Origin: Aliivibrio fischeri ES114
Lineage (GTDB): Bacteria; Pseudomonadota; Gammaproteobacteria; Enterobacterales; Vibrionaceae
Assembly: GCF_000011805.1 (NCBI RefSeq)
Contig: NC_006840.2
DNA: 32,000 nucleotides
Reading direction: 5' to 3' (one strand)
Both the position numbers and the translations under genes were made by a program. Below, piece after piece: positions 17,230-26,515 of the stretch (position 1 is the stretch's first letter; every line of letters begins with the position of its first letter). The notes beneath the pieces are model-generated. The model had not been told where the DNA came from, ran no database searches, and was given only the letters and a program-made list of their open reading frames with translations.

Positions 17230-18657
17230 TTATTTTTTCTTTTTAACTGCTTTTTTGTTTGGAAGGTCAGTGATTGAACCTTCAAATACTTCCGCAGCTA
17301 GACCCACAGACTCATGTAGAGTTGGGTGAGCGTGGATAGTAAGAGCGATATCTTCTGCGTCACAACCCATTTCGATTGCTAGGCCGATTTCACCAAGTAG
17401 CTCACCACCGTTAGTACCAACGATAGCACCACCAATTACACGGTGAGTTTCTTTATCAAAGATAAGCTTAGTCATACCATCAGCACAATCAGATGCGATT
17501 GCACGACCTGATGCAGCCCATGGGAAAGTTGCAACTTCAAAGTTTAGACCTTCTTCTTTTGCTTCTTTCTCAGTTTTACCAACCCAAGCAACTTCTGGCT
17601 CAGTGTAAGCAATTGAAGGAATTACTTTAGGATCGAAGTAGTGCTTCTTACCAGAAATAACTTCAGCCGCTACGTGACCTTCATGCACACCTTTGTGAGC
17701 AAGCATTGGTTGACCAACAACATCACCGATCGCATGAATGTGAGCAACGTTAGTACGCATTTGCTTATCAACATTGATGAAACCACGCTCATCAACTTCG
17801 ATACCTGCTTTTTCAGCATCGATAAGTTTACCGTTTGGTACACGACCGATAGCAACAAGAACTGCATCGTAACGCTCAGCTTCAGCTGGTGCTTTTTTGC
17901 CTTCCATTGAAACATAGATACCGTCTTCTTTTGCTTCAACTGCTGTTACTTTTGTCTCAAGCATTAGCTTGAATTTGTCTTTAATGCGTTTTGTGTATAC
18001 TTTAACGATGTCTTTATCAGCTGCTGGGATAACTTGATCAAACATCTCAACCACTTCAACTTTAGAACCTAAAGAGTGGTAAACCGTACCCATTTCAAGA
18101 CCGATGATACCACCGCCCATGATCAATAATTTTTCTGGTACTTCTTTTAATTCTAGCGCATCAGTTGAATCCCAAATACGTGGGTCTTCATGCGGAATGA
18201 ACGGAAGTTTAATCGGACGAGAACCAGCTGCAATGATAGCGTTATCAAAAGTAACTGTTGTGTTTTCTTCGCCTTCAACTTCGATTGTGTTAGGGCCTGT
18301 AAATTTACCGTAGCCATTTACTACAGTAACGTTACGCATCTTAGCCATACCACCAAGACCGCCGGTCAGTTGAGTTACAACTTTATCTTTCCAGATACGG
18401 ATCTTGTTAATATCAGTTTGTGGTTCACCAAAAACAACACCGTGTTCAGCCATTGCTTTTGCTTCTTCGATTACTTTAGATACGTGAAGAAGAGCTTTCG
18501 ATGGAATACAACCCACGTTTAGACATACACCACCAAGAGTGCTGTAACGCTCGATTAATACTGTTTCTAGACCTAAATCTGCGCAACGGAAAGCAGCAGA
18601 GTAACCAGCAGGACCTGAACCAAGTACAACTACTTGGGCTTTAACTTGTTTGCTCAT
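17230..18657 (-). CDS. lpdA: Dihydrolipoyl dehydrogenase (E3 of the pyruvate/2-oxoglutarate dehydrogenase complexes)
   Basis: 475-aa ORF. FAD motif VLGSGPAGYSAA, redox-active disulfide GGVCLNVGCIPSK, NAD motif GGGIIGLE, C-terminal HAHPTLHE. Confidence 0.96.
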   Translation of the reverse strand: MSKQVKAQVVVLGSGPAGYSAAFRCADLGLETVLIERYSTLGGVCLNVGCIPSKALLHVSKVIEEAKAMAEHGVVFGEPQTDINKIRIWKDKVVTQLTGGLGGMAKMRNVTVVNGYGKFTGPNTIEVEGEENTTVTFDNAIIAAGSRPIKLPFIPHEDPRIWDSTDALELKEVPEKLLIMGGGIIGLEMGTVYHSLGSKVEVVEMFDQVIPAADKDIVKVYTKRIKDKFKLMLETKVTAVEAKEDGIYVSMEGKKAPAEAERYDAVLVAIGRVPNGKLIDAEKAGIEVDERGFINVDKQMRTNVAHIHAIGDVVGQPMLAHKGVHEGHVAAEVISGKKHYFDPKVIPSIAYTEPEVAWVGKTEKEAKEEGLNFEVATFPWAASGRAIASDCADGMTKLIFDKETHRVIGGAIVGTNGGELLGEIGLAIEMGCDAEDIALTIHAHPTLHESVGLAAEVFEGSITDLPNKKAVKKKK

Positions 18658-18837
18658 TTTGACCTCGTTATAGTCATTTCCCTAACAGGCTGACAGATGT
18701 TCTATTATTGTTTTCAAACCGCATTCATTTTACATATATGTTAACAGTGTGAAAGCAAGTTGGGGTTAGCCTGTGAGCTAGACAACAATTCACATTCAGC
18801 ATGCTCCTTTGGGAGCATTAAAAAAACTGCAAATTGC

Positions 18838-18911
18838 TTTAAAAAATATAATGTAAGGAATAAATCCTTAAGCTTATTAAGCAATAAGGTGACCTATTAG
18901 CCACCTTATTG
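18838..18911 (-). terminator. Two tandem hairpins after aceF, probably a partial terminator ahead of an lpdA-specific promoter region
   Basis: Hairpin A CAATAAGGTG/CACCTTATTG (18882-18891/18902-18911). Hairpin B TAAGGA/TCCTTA (18854-18859/18865-18870) is followed on the minus strand by ACAUUAUAUUUUUUAAAG. Confidence 0.4.
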
Positions 18912-18931
18912 TTTGTTTCAATAACCGCTAA

Positions 18932-20818
18932 TTACAGTACTAGACGACGAATGTCTGATAATGCACTGTTTAAGAAAGTAATGAAACGAGCACCTTCTGC
19001 GCCATCGATAACACGGTGGTCATAAGACAGAGACAGTGGAAGTTGTAGACGCGGAGCGAACTCTTTGCCATTCCATACAGGTTTAATCTCAGACTTAGAA
19101 ACACCTAGGATACCAACTTCTGGTGCATTTACGATTGGTGTAAATGCAGTACCACCGATACCACCAAGGCTTGAGATTGTGAAACAACCGCCTTGCATAT
19201 CAGAAGCTGTTAGTTTACCAGCACGTGCTTTCTTAGAAACAGCCATTAGCTCTTCAGATAGCTCGTAAATACCTTTTTTGTTCACGTCTTTAAATACAGG
19301 AACAACTAGGCCATTTGGCGTATCAACTGCGATACCTACGTTTACGTACTTCTTAAGAATGATGCTTTCGCCATCTTCAGATAGAGAAGAGTTAAACGCT
19401 GGGAACGCTTCAAGTGCTTTAGCAACCGCTTTCATAATGAATACAAGTGGCGTGATCTTCATGCCTGTATCATTTTTAGCTTCAATTGCATTTTGCTCTT
19501 TACGGAATGCTTCTAGTTCAGTGATGTCTGCGTTATCCCACTGTGTAACGTGAGGGATCATTACCCAGTTACGGTGTAGGTTTGCACCAGAAATCTTCTT
19601 GATCTTAGAAAGTTTCTGAACTTCTGTTTCACCAAACTTGCTGAAATCAACTTTTGGCCAAGGAAGTAAACCAAGAGCTGAACCGTCACCACCTTTACCT
19701 GATGCAGCTGCACCAGACTCAAGACGTTTAAGCGCATCTTTCACGAAACCTTGAACGTCTTCTTTAAGGATACGGTTCTTACGGCCAGTACCTTTAACTT
19801 TCGCTAGGTTTACACCAAATTCACGAGCAAGACGACGTACAACTGGAGACGCATGAGCGTAATCGTTGTTCGCTTCAAATTCACCTGTTGATGCAGGAGC
19901 AGAAGCTGTTGCAACTGGCGCCGCTGCAGGAGCTGCTTGTGCAGCTGGGGCTGCTGCCGCTTGAGGAGCTGCTGGTGCCGTACCTTCAACAACAAATGTC
20001 ATGATTAGAGAGCCAGTCGATACTTTATCGCCTGCAGCAATCTTAATTTCTTTTACTGTACCAGCAAATGGAGCAGGAACTTCCATTGATGCTTTGTCGC
20101 CTTCAACAGTAATTAGAGATTGCTCTTCTTCTACTGTATCACCAACAGCAACCATGATTTCAGTTACTTCAACTTCATCACCGCCGATATCTGGAACGTT
20201 CACTTCTTTCTCTGCAGATGCCGCAGGAGCTGCTGCAACTGGCGCTGCCGCTTCAACTTCTGGTGCAGCTGGTGCTGAACCTGCAACTTCAAAGATCATC
20301 ACTAGAGAACCAGTTGATACTGAGTCACCAGAAGCAATTTTGATTTCTTTTACCGTACCTGCGAATGGAGCTGGAACTTCCATAGACGCTTTGTCGCCTT
20401 CAACAGTTAAAAGAGATTGCTCTTCTTCTACTGTATCGCCAACAGCAACCATGATTTCAGTTACTTCAACTTCATCACCACCGATATCAGGAACGTGAAC
20501 TTCTTTAAGCTCTGCAACTGATGCTGCAGCAGGAGCAGCAACTGGTGCTGCTTCAACTGCTGGAGCAGCAGGTGCTTCTGCAGCACCCTCTGCTTCAAAG
20601 ATCATAATAAGAGAACCAGTTGTTACTGAATCACCTTCAGCAATTTTGATCTCTTTAACGATACCCGCTTGAGACGCAGGAACTTCCATAGAAGCTTTAT
20701 CGCCTTCAACAGTGATCAGTGACTGCTCTTCTTCAACTCGGTCACCGACCTTAACTAGAATCTCAGTTACTTCAACCTCATCTGCACCGATGTCAGGTAC
20801 ATTAATTTCGATTGTCAT
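18932..20818 (-). CDS. aceF: Dihydrolipoyllysine-residue acetyltransferase (E2p) with three lipoyl domains
   Basis: 628-aa ORF. Three [12 protein letters not shown] lipoyl-attachment motifs separated by Ala/Pro linkers, a peripheral-subunit-binding domain ([16 protein letters not shown]), and a catalytic domain with [12 protein letters not shown]. Confidence 0.96.
   Translation of the reverse strand: MTIEINVPDIGADEVEVTEILVKVGDRVEEEQSLITVEGDKASMEVPASQAGIVKEIKIAEGDSVTTGSLIMIFEAEGAAEAPAAPAVEAAPVAAPAAASVAELKEVHVPDIGGDEVEVTEIMVAVGDTVEEEQSLLTVEGDKASMEVPAPFAGTVKEIKIASGDSVSTGSLVMIFEVAGSAPAAPEVEAAAPVAAAPAASAEKEVNVPDIGGDEVEVTEIMVAVGDTVEEEQSLITVEGDKASMEVPAPFAGTVKEIKIAAGDKVSTGSLIMTFVVEGTAPAAPQAAAAPAAQAAPAAAPVATASAPASTGEFEANNDYAHASPVVRRLAREFGVNLAKVKGTGRKNRILKEDVQGFVKDALKRLESGAAASGKGGDGSALGLLPWPKVDFSKFGETEVQKLSKIKKISGANLHRNWVMIPHVTQWDNADITELEAFRKEQNAIEAKNDTGMKITPLVFIMKAVAKALEAFPAFNSSLSEDGESIILKKYVNVGIAVDTPNGLVVPVFKDVNKKGIYELSEELMAVSKKARAGKLTASDMQGGCFTISSLGGIGGTAFTPIVNAPEVGILGVSKSEIKPVWNGKEFAPRLQLPLSLSYDHRVIDGAEGARFITFLNSALSDIRRLVL
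19985..20818 (-). repeat. Three tandem ~297-306 bp intragenic repeats encoding aceF lipoyl domains 1-3 plus linkers
   Basis: Repeat units start at about aa 3, 105 and 204. Units 2 and 3 share long near-identical DNA runs (e.g. GATTGCTCTTCTTCTACTGTATC.CCAACAGCAACCATGATTTCAGTTACTTCAACTTCATCACC on the plus strand). Confidence 0.9.
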
Positions 20819-20845
20819 TGTTTGTTTCCTTAATTAATGGAAGTC

Positions 20846-23509
20846 TTATGCGTATTGCGGGTTAGTTTTTTCTGTATCGATATTGAATTTAGCAATTGCT
20901 TCTGTAACAACAGATTTCTCAATATCACCACGTTTCACTAATTCAGTTAGAGCAGCAACAACTACGTAGCCTGCGTTAACTTCGAAGTGACGACGTAGGT
21001 TCTCACGGCTGTCTGAACGACCAAAACCATCAGTACCAAGTACTTTGTAAGATTCAGTTGGCATGTACGCACGTACTTGTTCAGCGTAGTTCTTCATGTA
21101 ATCAGTCGCAGCGATTGCTGGTTCGTTACCAAGAACGGTTGTGATGTACGGTACTTTCGCTTCTGCTTCTGGGTGTAGCATGTTGTAACGCTCTGCATCT
21201 TGACCATCACGAGTTAGCTCGTTAAAAGACGTTACAGAGAAGATATCAGATGCTACGCCGTACTCTTCACTTAGAATTTGTGCTGCTTTACGCACTTCAT
21301 TCATGATAGTACCAGAGCTCATTAATTGAACTTTACCTTTAGCACCAGCGTGAGATTCAAGCTTGTAGATACCTTTACGGATGCCTTCTTCAGCGCCTTC
21401 AGGCATTGCTGGCATTGCGTAGTTTTCATTCATTACTGTTAGGTAGTAGTAAATGTTCTCTTGGTTCTCACCATACATACGACGGATACCGTCTTGCATG
21501 ATTACCGCTAGCTCGTAAGCAAACGTTGGGTCGTAAGAGATACAGTTAGGAACTGTGTTTGCCATGATGTGTGAATGACCATCTTCGTGTTGTAGACCTT
21601 CACCATTTAGCGTTGTACGACCAGCCGTTGCACCTAATAGGAAACCACGAGCTTGTTGGTCACCTGCTAACCATGCCATGTCACCAATACGTTGGAAACC
21701 GAACATTGAGTAGTAGATGTAGAATGGGATCATTGGTAGATCGTTTGTGCTGTAAGAAGTCGCAGCAGCAACCCAAGATGCCATTGAACCTAATTCGTTG
21801 ATACCTTCTTGAAGAACTTGACCTGACGTTGCTTCTTTGTAGTAAGAAACAATACCTTTATCTTCAGGAGTATATTCTTGACCGTGTGGGTTGTAGATAC
21901 CAATCTGACGGAACAGACCTTCCATACCGAATGTACGAGCTTCATCACAGATAATAGGAACAATGTTTTTACCGATGTTCTTATTTTTAAGTAGGATGTT
22001 TAACGTACGAACGTAAGCCATCGTTGTAGAGATGTCACGCTTTTGCTCACCTAGTAGAGGAGCAAATTCTTCAAGCTCAGGAACTTTGAATTCTTGAGTG
22101 AATTTAGGTAGACGCTGAGGCGTGTAACCTTGTAGCGCTTTACGACGAGCGTGTAGGTATTCGTATTCAGCAGAACCTTCTTCCAGTTTCAAGTAAGGTA
22201 GTTCAGCTACTTTCTCATCAGAAAGAATGTCTTGTAGACCTAGACGATCACGTAAGTATTGTACGTGAGTCATGTCCATTTTCTTAACACCGTGTGCGAT
22301 GTTTTTACCTTCTGCAGCATCACCCATGCCGTAACCTTTAACTGTTTTAGCTAGGATTACTGTTGGTTTACCACCTGTTTCTTTTGCATTGTTAAATGCA
22401 GCAAACAGTTTAGAAGAGTCGTGACCACCACGCTTCAATTCGAAGATTTGGTCATCAGTCATATCTGCAACTAGTGCAGCTGTTTCAGGGTACTTACCAA
22501 AGAAGTGCTCACGTACGTATGCGCCATCTTTAGATTTAAATGTTTGGTAATCGCCATCGATAGTTTCATTCATAAGCTGAAGAAGCTTACCTGTTGTATC
22601 TTTAGCTAATAGAGCATCCCAGTTGTTGCCCCAGATAACCTTAACAACGTTCCAACCAGCACCTTTAAATAGACCTTCAAGTTCTTGAATGATCTTACCG
22701 TTACCCATAACAGGGCCATCTAGACGCTGTAGGTTACAGTTGATTAGGAAACATAGGTTATCTAGTTTTTCACGTGCAGCGAAAGAAATCGCACCGCGTG
22801 ATTCTGGCTCATCCATCTCACCGTCGCCTAGGAAAGCGTATACACGTTGAGCTGAAGTATCTTTAAGACCACGACCTTCAAGGTACTTAAGGAAACGTGC
22901 TTGGTAGATAGCAGAAATTGGACCAAGACCCATAGATACTGTAGGGAACTGCCAGAATTCAGGCATTAGTTTAGGGTGCGGGTATGAAGGAATACCTTTG
23001 CCATCAACTTCTTGACGGAAGTTATCTAACTGCTCTTCAGTTAGACGGCCTTCAACGAATGCACGAGAGTAGATGCCTGGAGAGATATGGCCTTGGTAGT
23101 AAACTAAATCACCACCGTCAGTCTCATTAGGAGCACGGAAGAAATGGTTGAAACATACTTCGTAGAATGCAGCTGCAGATTGGTAAGAAGCCATGTGGCC
23201 ACCTAGATCCAAATCTTTCTTCGAAGCACGTAGAACGATCATGATTGCGTTCCAACGAATAATTGAACGGATACGACGTTCAAGAGTAACATCACCTGGG
23301 TAAGCAGGCTCTTGTGCCGCAGGGATGGTATTGATGTAGTTGGTATTAATACCTGTTGGCATATCAACGCCATCTAAGCGAGCTTTATCAAGAACTTGCT
23401 CTAATAGATACTGGGCGCGTTCAACACCTTCTTCACGTACAACAGACTCAAGAGCTTCTAACCAATCCTGAGTTTCTAGTGCATCAACGTCATGCTTCAT
23501 GTCAGACAT
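20846..23509 (-). CDS. aceE: Pyruvate dehydrogenase E1 component (homodimeric type)
   Basis: 887-aa ORF, the same length as E. coli AceE. ThDP-binding region GDGEMDEPES...NCNLQRLDGPV. Confidence 0.96.
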   Translation of the reverse strand: MSDMKHDVDALETQDWLEALESVVREEGVERAQYLLEQVLDKARLDGVDMPTGINTNYINTIPAAQEPAYPGDVTLERRIRSIIRWNAIMIVLRASKKDLDLGGHMASYQSAAAFYEVCFNHFFRAPNETDGGDLVYYQGHISPGIYSRAFVEGRLTEEQLDNFRQEVDGKGIPSYPHPKLMPEFWQFPTVSMGLGPISAIYQARFLKYLEGRGLKDTSAQRVYAFLGDGEMDEPESRGAISFAAREKLDNLCFLINCNLQRLDGPVMGNGKIIQELEGLFKGAGWNVVKVIWGNNWDALLAKDTTGKLLQLMNETIDGDYQTFKSKDGAYVREHFFGKYPETAALVADMTDDQIFELKRGGHDSSKLFAAFNNAKETGGKPTVILAKTVKGYGMGDAAEGKNIAHGVKKMDMTHVQYLRDRLGLQDILSDEKVAELPYLKLEEGSAEYEYLHARRKALQGYTPQRLPKFTQEFKVPELEEFAPLLGEQKRDISTTMAYVRTLNILLKNKNIGKNIVPIICDEARTFGMEGLFRQIGIYNPHGQEYTPEDKGIVSYYKEATSGQVLQEGINELGSMASWVAAATSYSTNDLPMIPFYIYYSMFGFQRIGDMAWLAGDQQARGFLLGATAGRTTLNGEGLQHEDGHSHIMANTVPNCISYDPTFAYELAVIMQDGIRRMYGENQENIYYYLTVMNENYAMPAMPEGAEEGIRKGIYKLESHAGAKGKVQLMSSGTIMNEVRKAAQILSEEYGVASDIFSVTSFNELTRDGQDAERYNMLHPEAEAKVPYITTVLGNEPAIAATDYMKNYAEQVRAYMPTESYKVLGTDGFGRSDSRENLRRHFEVNAGYVVVAALTELVKRGDIEKSVVTEAIAKFNIDTEKTNPQYA

Positions 23510-23564
23510 GCGAGCTATCCTTTTATTTGTTGGTTCAAATAGGGTATCAACGATATTCTCTTGC

Positions 23565-24335
23565 TTAATTCATATCGTTATTTTGCTGAATTCGACGAAG
23601 TGAACACTCACGTCGTGATTCCTCTTTGGTCAATTCCAGCAACGTTTCTTCAATATAAGCGAGATGAGAGTGTGAGGCTAAACGTGCTTCTTCAGGCTTA
23701 CCTGACACGATGGCTTCTACAATTTCAGCTCTGTGCTCTCTTACCTTCTCCACCACCGATTCTCGACGATTTAATAAGGTAAAATTTTGTAATACGTTTT
23801 GTTCAAGCAAAGGTTCCAGACTACGAACCATATGGAGCAGCACCACATTATGTGCTGATTCGGTTACTGTTATAAGATAGTGCATAACCGCAGAAGCTTC
23901 CGCTTCAAGATCACCATTTTTTTGTGCTTGTTGGATCAAACGATGTGACTCTTTGATCCGTTTAAAATCTTCTTCGTTACCACGTAAAGCGGCATAGTAG
24001 GCTGAAATACCTTCTAATGCGTGGCGTGACTCAAGTAAATCAAATTGCGTTTCAGGGTGAGTGGCTAATAAATCCAACAAAGGCTCAGAAAAACTTTGCC
24101 ATAACCCTTTATTTACAAAGGTTCCGCCCCCTTGACGCCGAGTCAATAAATGCTTCGCTTCTAAACGTTGTATCGCCTCTCGAACTGACGGCCGAGAAAC
24201 ATCAAACTGTTTTGCTAACTCTCTTTCTGCCGGTAACTTCTGACCAGGAGAAAGGATTCCTTCTAATATCAGCCTTTCTAACTCTTGTTCGATTACATCG
24301 GACAGTTTTGGCTGGCGTATCCTTTGATATGTCAT
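23565..24335 (-). CDS. pdhR: Pyruvate dehydrogenase complex repressor PdhR (GntR/FadR family)
   Basis: 256-aa ORF. N-terminal GntR winged HTH ([28 protein letters not shown]) and a C-terminal FCD domain. Sits upstream of aceEF-lpdA, with its own operator palindromes upstream. Confidence 0.94.
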   Translation of the reverse strand: MTYQRIRQPKLSDVIEQELERLILEGILSPGQKLPAERELAKQFDVSRPSVREAIQRLEAKHLLTRRQGGGTFVNKGLWQSFSEPLLDLLATHPETQFDLLESRHALEGISAYYAALRGNEEDFKRIKESHRLIQQAQKNGDLEAEASAVMHYLITVTESAHNVVLLHMVRSLEPLLEQNVLQNFTLLNRRESVVEKVREHRAEIVEAIVSGKPEEARLASHSHLAYIEETLLELTKEESRRECSLRRIQQNNDMN

Positions 24336-24399
24336 CGTAGCTCAACCTAATTTAAGTTGATTACTTCCCACATTTCCGTGAGTCATTCGTCACTTTAAT

Positions 24400-24416
24400 A
24401 ATTGGTATTACCAATT
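24400..24416. promoter_or_regulatory. PdhR box (proximal), AATTGGTATTACCAATT
   Basis: Perfect 7-bp inverted arms AATTGGT/ACCAATT with a 3-bp spacer, matching the E. coli PdhR operator consensus AATTGGTnnnACCAATT. Lies 65-81 nt upstream of the pdhR ATG. Confidence 0.75.
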
Positions 24417-24490
24417 TTATTTGATGCAAAAGTTATCATGAAAAAAGGGATACTGTCTAGATAAAAATTGATTTGAATCATAGAAAGGGA

Positions 24491-24530
24491 TTAGCGCATA
24501 CATTTAGTTAACATTCACTGTACGCGCTAA
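24491..24530 (-). terminator. Strand-specific hairpin between the two PdhR boxes (possible ampD terminator or pdhR leader structure)
   Basis: Arms TTAGCGCaTACA (24491-24502) / TGTAcGCGCTAA (24519-24530). All 12 positions pair on the minus-strand RNA (one G.U), whereas the plus-strand RNA has an A.C mismatch. Followed on the minus strand by UCCCUUUCUAUGAUU. Confidence 0.4.
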
Positions 24531-24534
24531 TAAT

Positions 24535-24551
24535 AATTGGTAAGACCAATT
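24535..24551. promoter_or_regulatory. PdhR box (distal), AATTGGTAAGACCAATT
   Basis: Identical, as far as I recall, to the E. coli pdhR-promoter operator sequence. Lies 200-216 nt upstream of the pdhR ATG and 71 nt downstream of the ampD stop. Confidence 0.75.
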
Positions 24552-24621
24552 TGAAGATTTCAGCTAACAAAGCGTGTCATAAATAAGAAAAACAAAATTC
24601 TCTACTTTAAAGTAAATCCTT

Positions 24622-25173
24622 TTATTTCCTTAACTTATGGTATTTTTTCCAATCGAATGAAAGGCCGGGATCTGTCTTTCGCAATGGTGCAATATATTGA
24701 TGCCCCGTAATTCGTTCATTAACTATTTGGGGGTAAGCGGCTTGTAGCACGTTTGTTACAACCGCTAAGGCTTCATATTGTTTTTGAGTATAGGCCGTAA
24801 AATCCGTTCCTTCTAACTCAATTCCGATACTGTAATCGTTACATCGTTCACGTCCTGCGAACGAAGAAACGCCTGCATGCCAAGCTCTTGCATTAAAAGG
24901 GACAAACTGAATAACACTTCCATCACGGCGAATTAGGCAGTGTGCTGATACTTTAAATTGATGAATGACTTTAAAGAAAGGATGTTCATTTGGATCAAGC
25001 TTACCAGTGAATAATTGCTCTATATAAGGACCACCAAACTGCCCCGGTGGTAAGCTAATATTGTGTACAACGAGCAATGAAATATCATCTTCATCAGAGC
25101 GCTCATCATAAAAAGGAGAGGCAACATGTTTTGCTTCGTTTAGCCAGTGATCTGCTGATAAAGTAAATTTCAT
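24622..25173 (-). CDS. ampD: 1,6-anhydro-N-acetylmuramyl-L-alanine amidase AmpD
   Basis: Amidase_2 pattern: LLVVHNISLPPGQFGG, SAHCLIRRDGSVIQFVPF..RAWHAGVS, RCNDYSIGIELEG, TGHQYIAP.RKTDPG. Start chosen at ATG 25173 (AGGA 6 nt upstream; 183 aa, matching E. coli at 183 aa). ATG 25179 is an alternative. The track ORF start at 25275 adds 34 non-conserved residues. Confidence 0.9.
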   Translation of the reverse strand: MKFTLSADHWLNEAKHVASPFYDERSDEDDISLLVVHNISLPPGQFGGPYIEQLFTGKLDPNEHPFFKVIHQFKVSAHCLIRRDGSVIQFVPFNARAWHAGVSSFAGRERCNDYSIGIELEGTDFTAYTQKQYEALAVVTNVLQAAYPQIVNERITGHQYIAPLRKTDPGLSFDWKKYHKLRK

Positions 25174-25274
25174 GTTCATTCCTGCGTAAATTGAAGTAAC
25201 TTTGAGTATCTTATGATGAAATTCTACTCTAGCGCGAGTATTATTATTGCCATAAACGTATTTCAAATAATTCA

Positions 25275-26174
25275 ATGGACTTCATCATGATCAAAACTCA
25301 CGACAGCGCATCTCGTCTTGAATATTTACAACAGCAACTTCCTACTGAAATTACTCGTGCCGTTGCAGATACCCTACGTGAAGATTTAGGCGGTACATTA
25401 GATGTAAGTACAGACATCACAGCGAGCCTAATTGCTGAAGACACGCAATCTGTTGCAACGATTATTACTCGTGAGCATGGTGTTTTCTGTGGCCAAATGT
25501 GGGCTGATGAAGTGTTCAAACAACTGGGTGGCACAGTAAGCATTGAATGGCATGTTAAAGATGGCGATAAAGTTGAACCAAACCAAACGCTATGTACCTT
25601 AACAGGACCTGCTCGCACACTATTAACTGGTGAGCGAAATGCAATGAACTTTATTCAAACGCTATCTGGTTGCTCAACAGTAACAGCAACCTACGCTGAA
25701 AAAATTGCACACACTAACTGTCGTCTACTTGATACTCGTAAAACCATTCCAGGTTTGCGCAGTGCATTAAAATATGCTGTAGCGTGTGGTGGTGGCTTCA
25801 ATCACCGTATTGGCGTGTTCGATGCTTACCTAATTAAAGAAAACCATATCATTGCGTGCGGCGGAATTGAAAAAGCTATCTCAACAGCAAAAGAGCTTAA
25901 CCCTGGTAAACCAGTAGAAGTTGAAACTGAAAGTCTAGAAGAGCTACAGCAAGCGATTGATGCTGGTGCTGACATTATTATGTTAGATAACTTCACCACA
26001 GACATGATGCGTGAAGCAGTAAAAATTAACGCTGGTCGTGCTGCACTAGAAAACTCAGGTAACGTGACTTTAGATACGATTGCTGAATATGCAGAAACAG
26101 GCGTTGATTACATCTCTGTTGGTGCATTAACCAAGCATCTTAAAGCCATGGATTTATCGATGCGTTTTAAATAA
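25275..26174 (+). CDS. nadC: Nicotinate-nucleotide pyrophosphorylase (quinolinate phosphoribosyltransferase)
   Basis: 299-aa ORF. ALREDLGG, LLTGERNAMNFIQTLSG, LLDTRKT.PGLR, IKENHI, IMLDNF and ISVGALTKH blocks are collinear with E. coli NadC. The start could instead be ATG 25287. Confidence 0.94.
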   Translation: MDFIMIKTHDSASRLEYLQQQLPTEITRAVADTLREDLGGTLDVSTDITASLIAEDTQSVATIITREHGVFCGQMWADEVFKQLGGTVSIEWHVKDGDKVEPNQTLCTLTGPARTLLTGERNAMNFIQTLSGCSTVTATYAEKIAHTNCRLLDTRKTIPGLRSALKYAVACGGGFNHRIGVFDAYLIKENHIIACGGIEKAISTAKELNPGKPVEVETESLEELQQAIDAGADIIMLDNFTTDMMREAVKINAGRAALENSGNVTLDTIAEYAETGVDYISVGALTKHLKAMDLSMRFK

Positions 26175-26195
26175 ATCGCAGAATTATCGATAAAC

Positions 26196-26226
26196 AAAAA
26201 GCCAGTAAATTTGCTGGCTTTTTTAT
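26196..26226 (+). terminator. Rho-independent terminator after nadC
   Basis: AAAAAGCCAGtaaatttgCTGGCTTTTTTATTTTT: stem AGCCAG/CTGGCT followed by a T-run. Confidence 0.75.
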
Positions 26227-26515
26227 TTTTAACACACAACTCCTCTCTTATATCTTTGATACTATTCACATAATCAACAGCCAACCTAACAAGTTAAACA
26301 GGAGTATCTAAATTAAGACTTGCGATCGACAACAAGGTTTAATTTATGACTTCTTGAAGTGAATCGTATTTGATTTTGATGCTTACATTTATCACAGCAT
26401 AAATTTATTACTCACTCGAAAGCCTCTCTTTTCTCCCTACCATATCTCTCTATTCGTTTTATTATTTTACGCATCAAATAAAACATGAATCACCCGATTC
26501 ATCTTGGAGAGAAAA

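Noticed and set aside
20001-20498. 165-aa plus-strand ORF with internally repeated sequence (..[32 protein letters not shown].. twice).
   Set aside because: It lies exactly antisense to the repeated lipoyl-domain and Ala/Pro-linker region of aceF. Its repeat structure and openness are mirror effects of aceF codon usage. There is no SD or independent signal.
19985-20818. Roughly 300-bp tandem repeats, which could be taken for a satellite or CRISPR-like array.
   Set aside because: They lie entirely inside the aceF reading frame and encode the three lipoyl domains. The period is a multiple of 3, and there is no spacer-repeat organisation.
25174-25275. A 34-codon N-terminal extension of ampD that would abut or overlap the nadC start.
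   Set aside because: The extension (MNYLKYVYGNNNTRARVEFHHKILKVTSIYAG..) is not AmpD-like. ATG 25173 has AGGA at optimal spacing and gives 183 aa, the same as E. coli AmpD. This leaves a normal ~100-bp divergent promoter region.
26504-26515. A TTG start for pilA, adding MERK before the MKKRQGQKG leader.
   Set aside because: GGAG at 26506-26509 is positioned to serve ATG 26516. Type IVa leaders are short and basic, and the TTG codon overlaps the SD itself.
26175-26515. A sigma54 (TGGCAC-N5-TTGC) promoter for pilA.
   Set aside because: No acceptable match was found by eye on the plus strand, so I have not annotated it.
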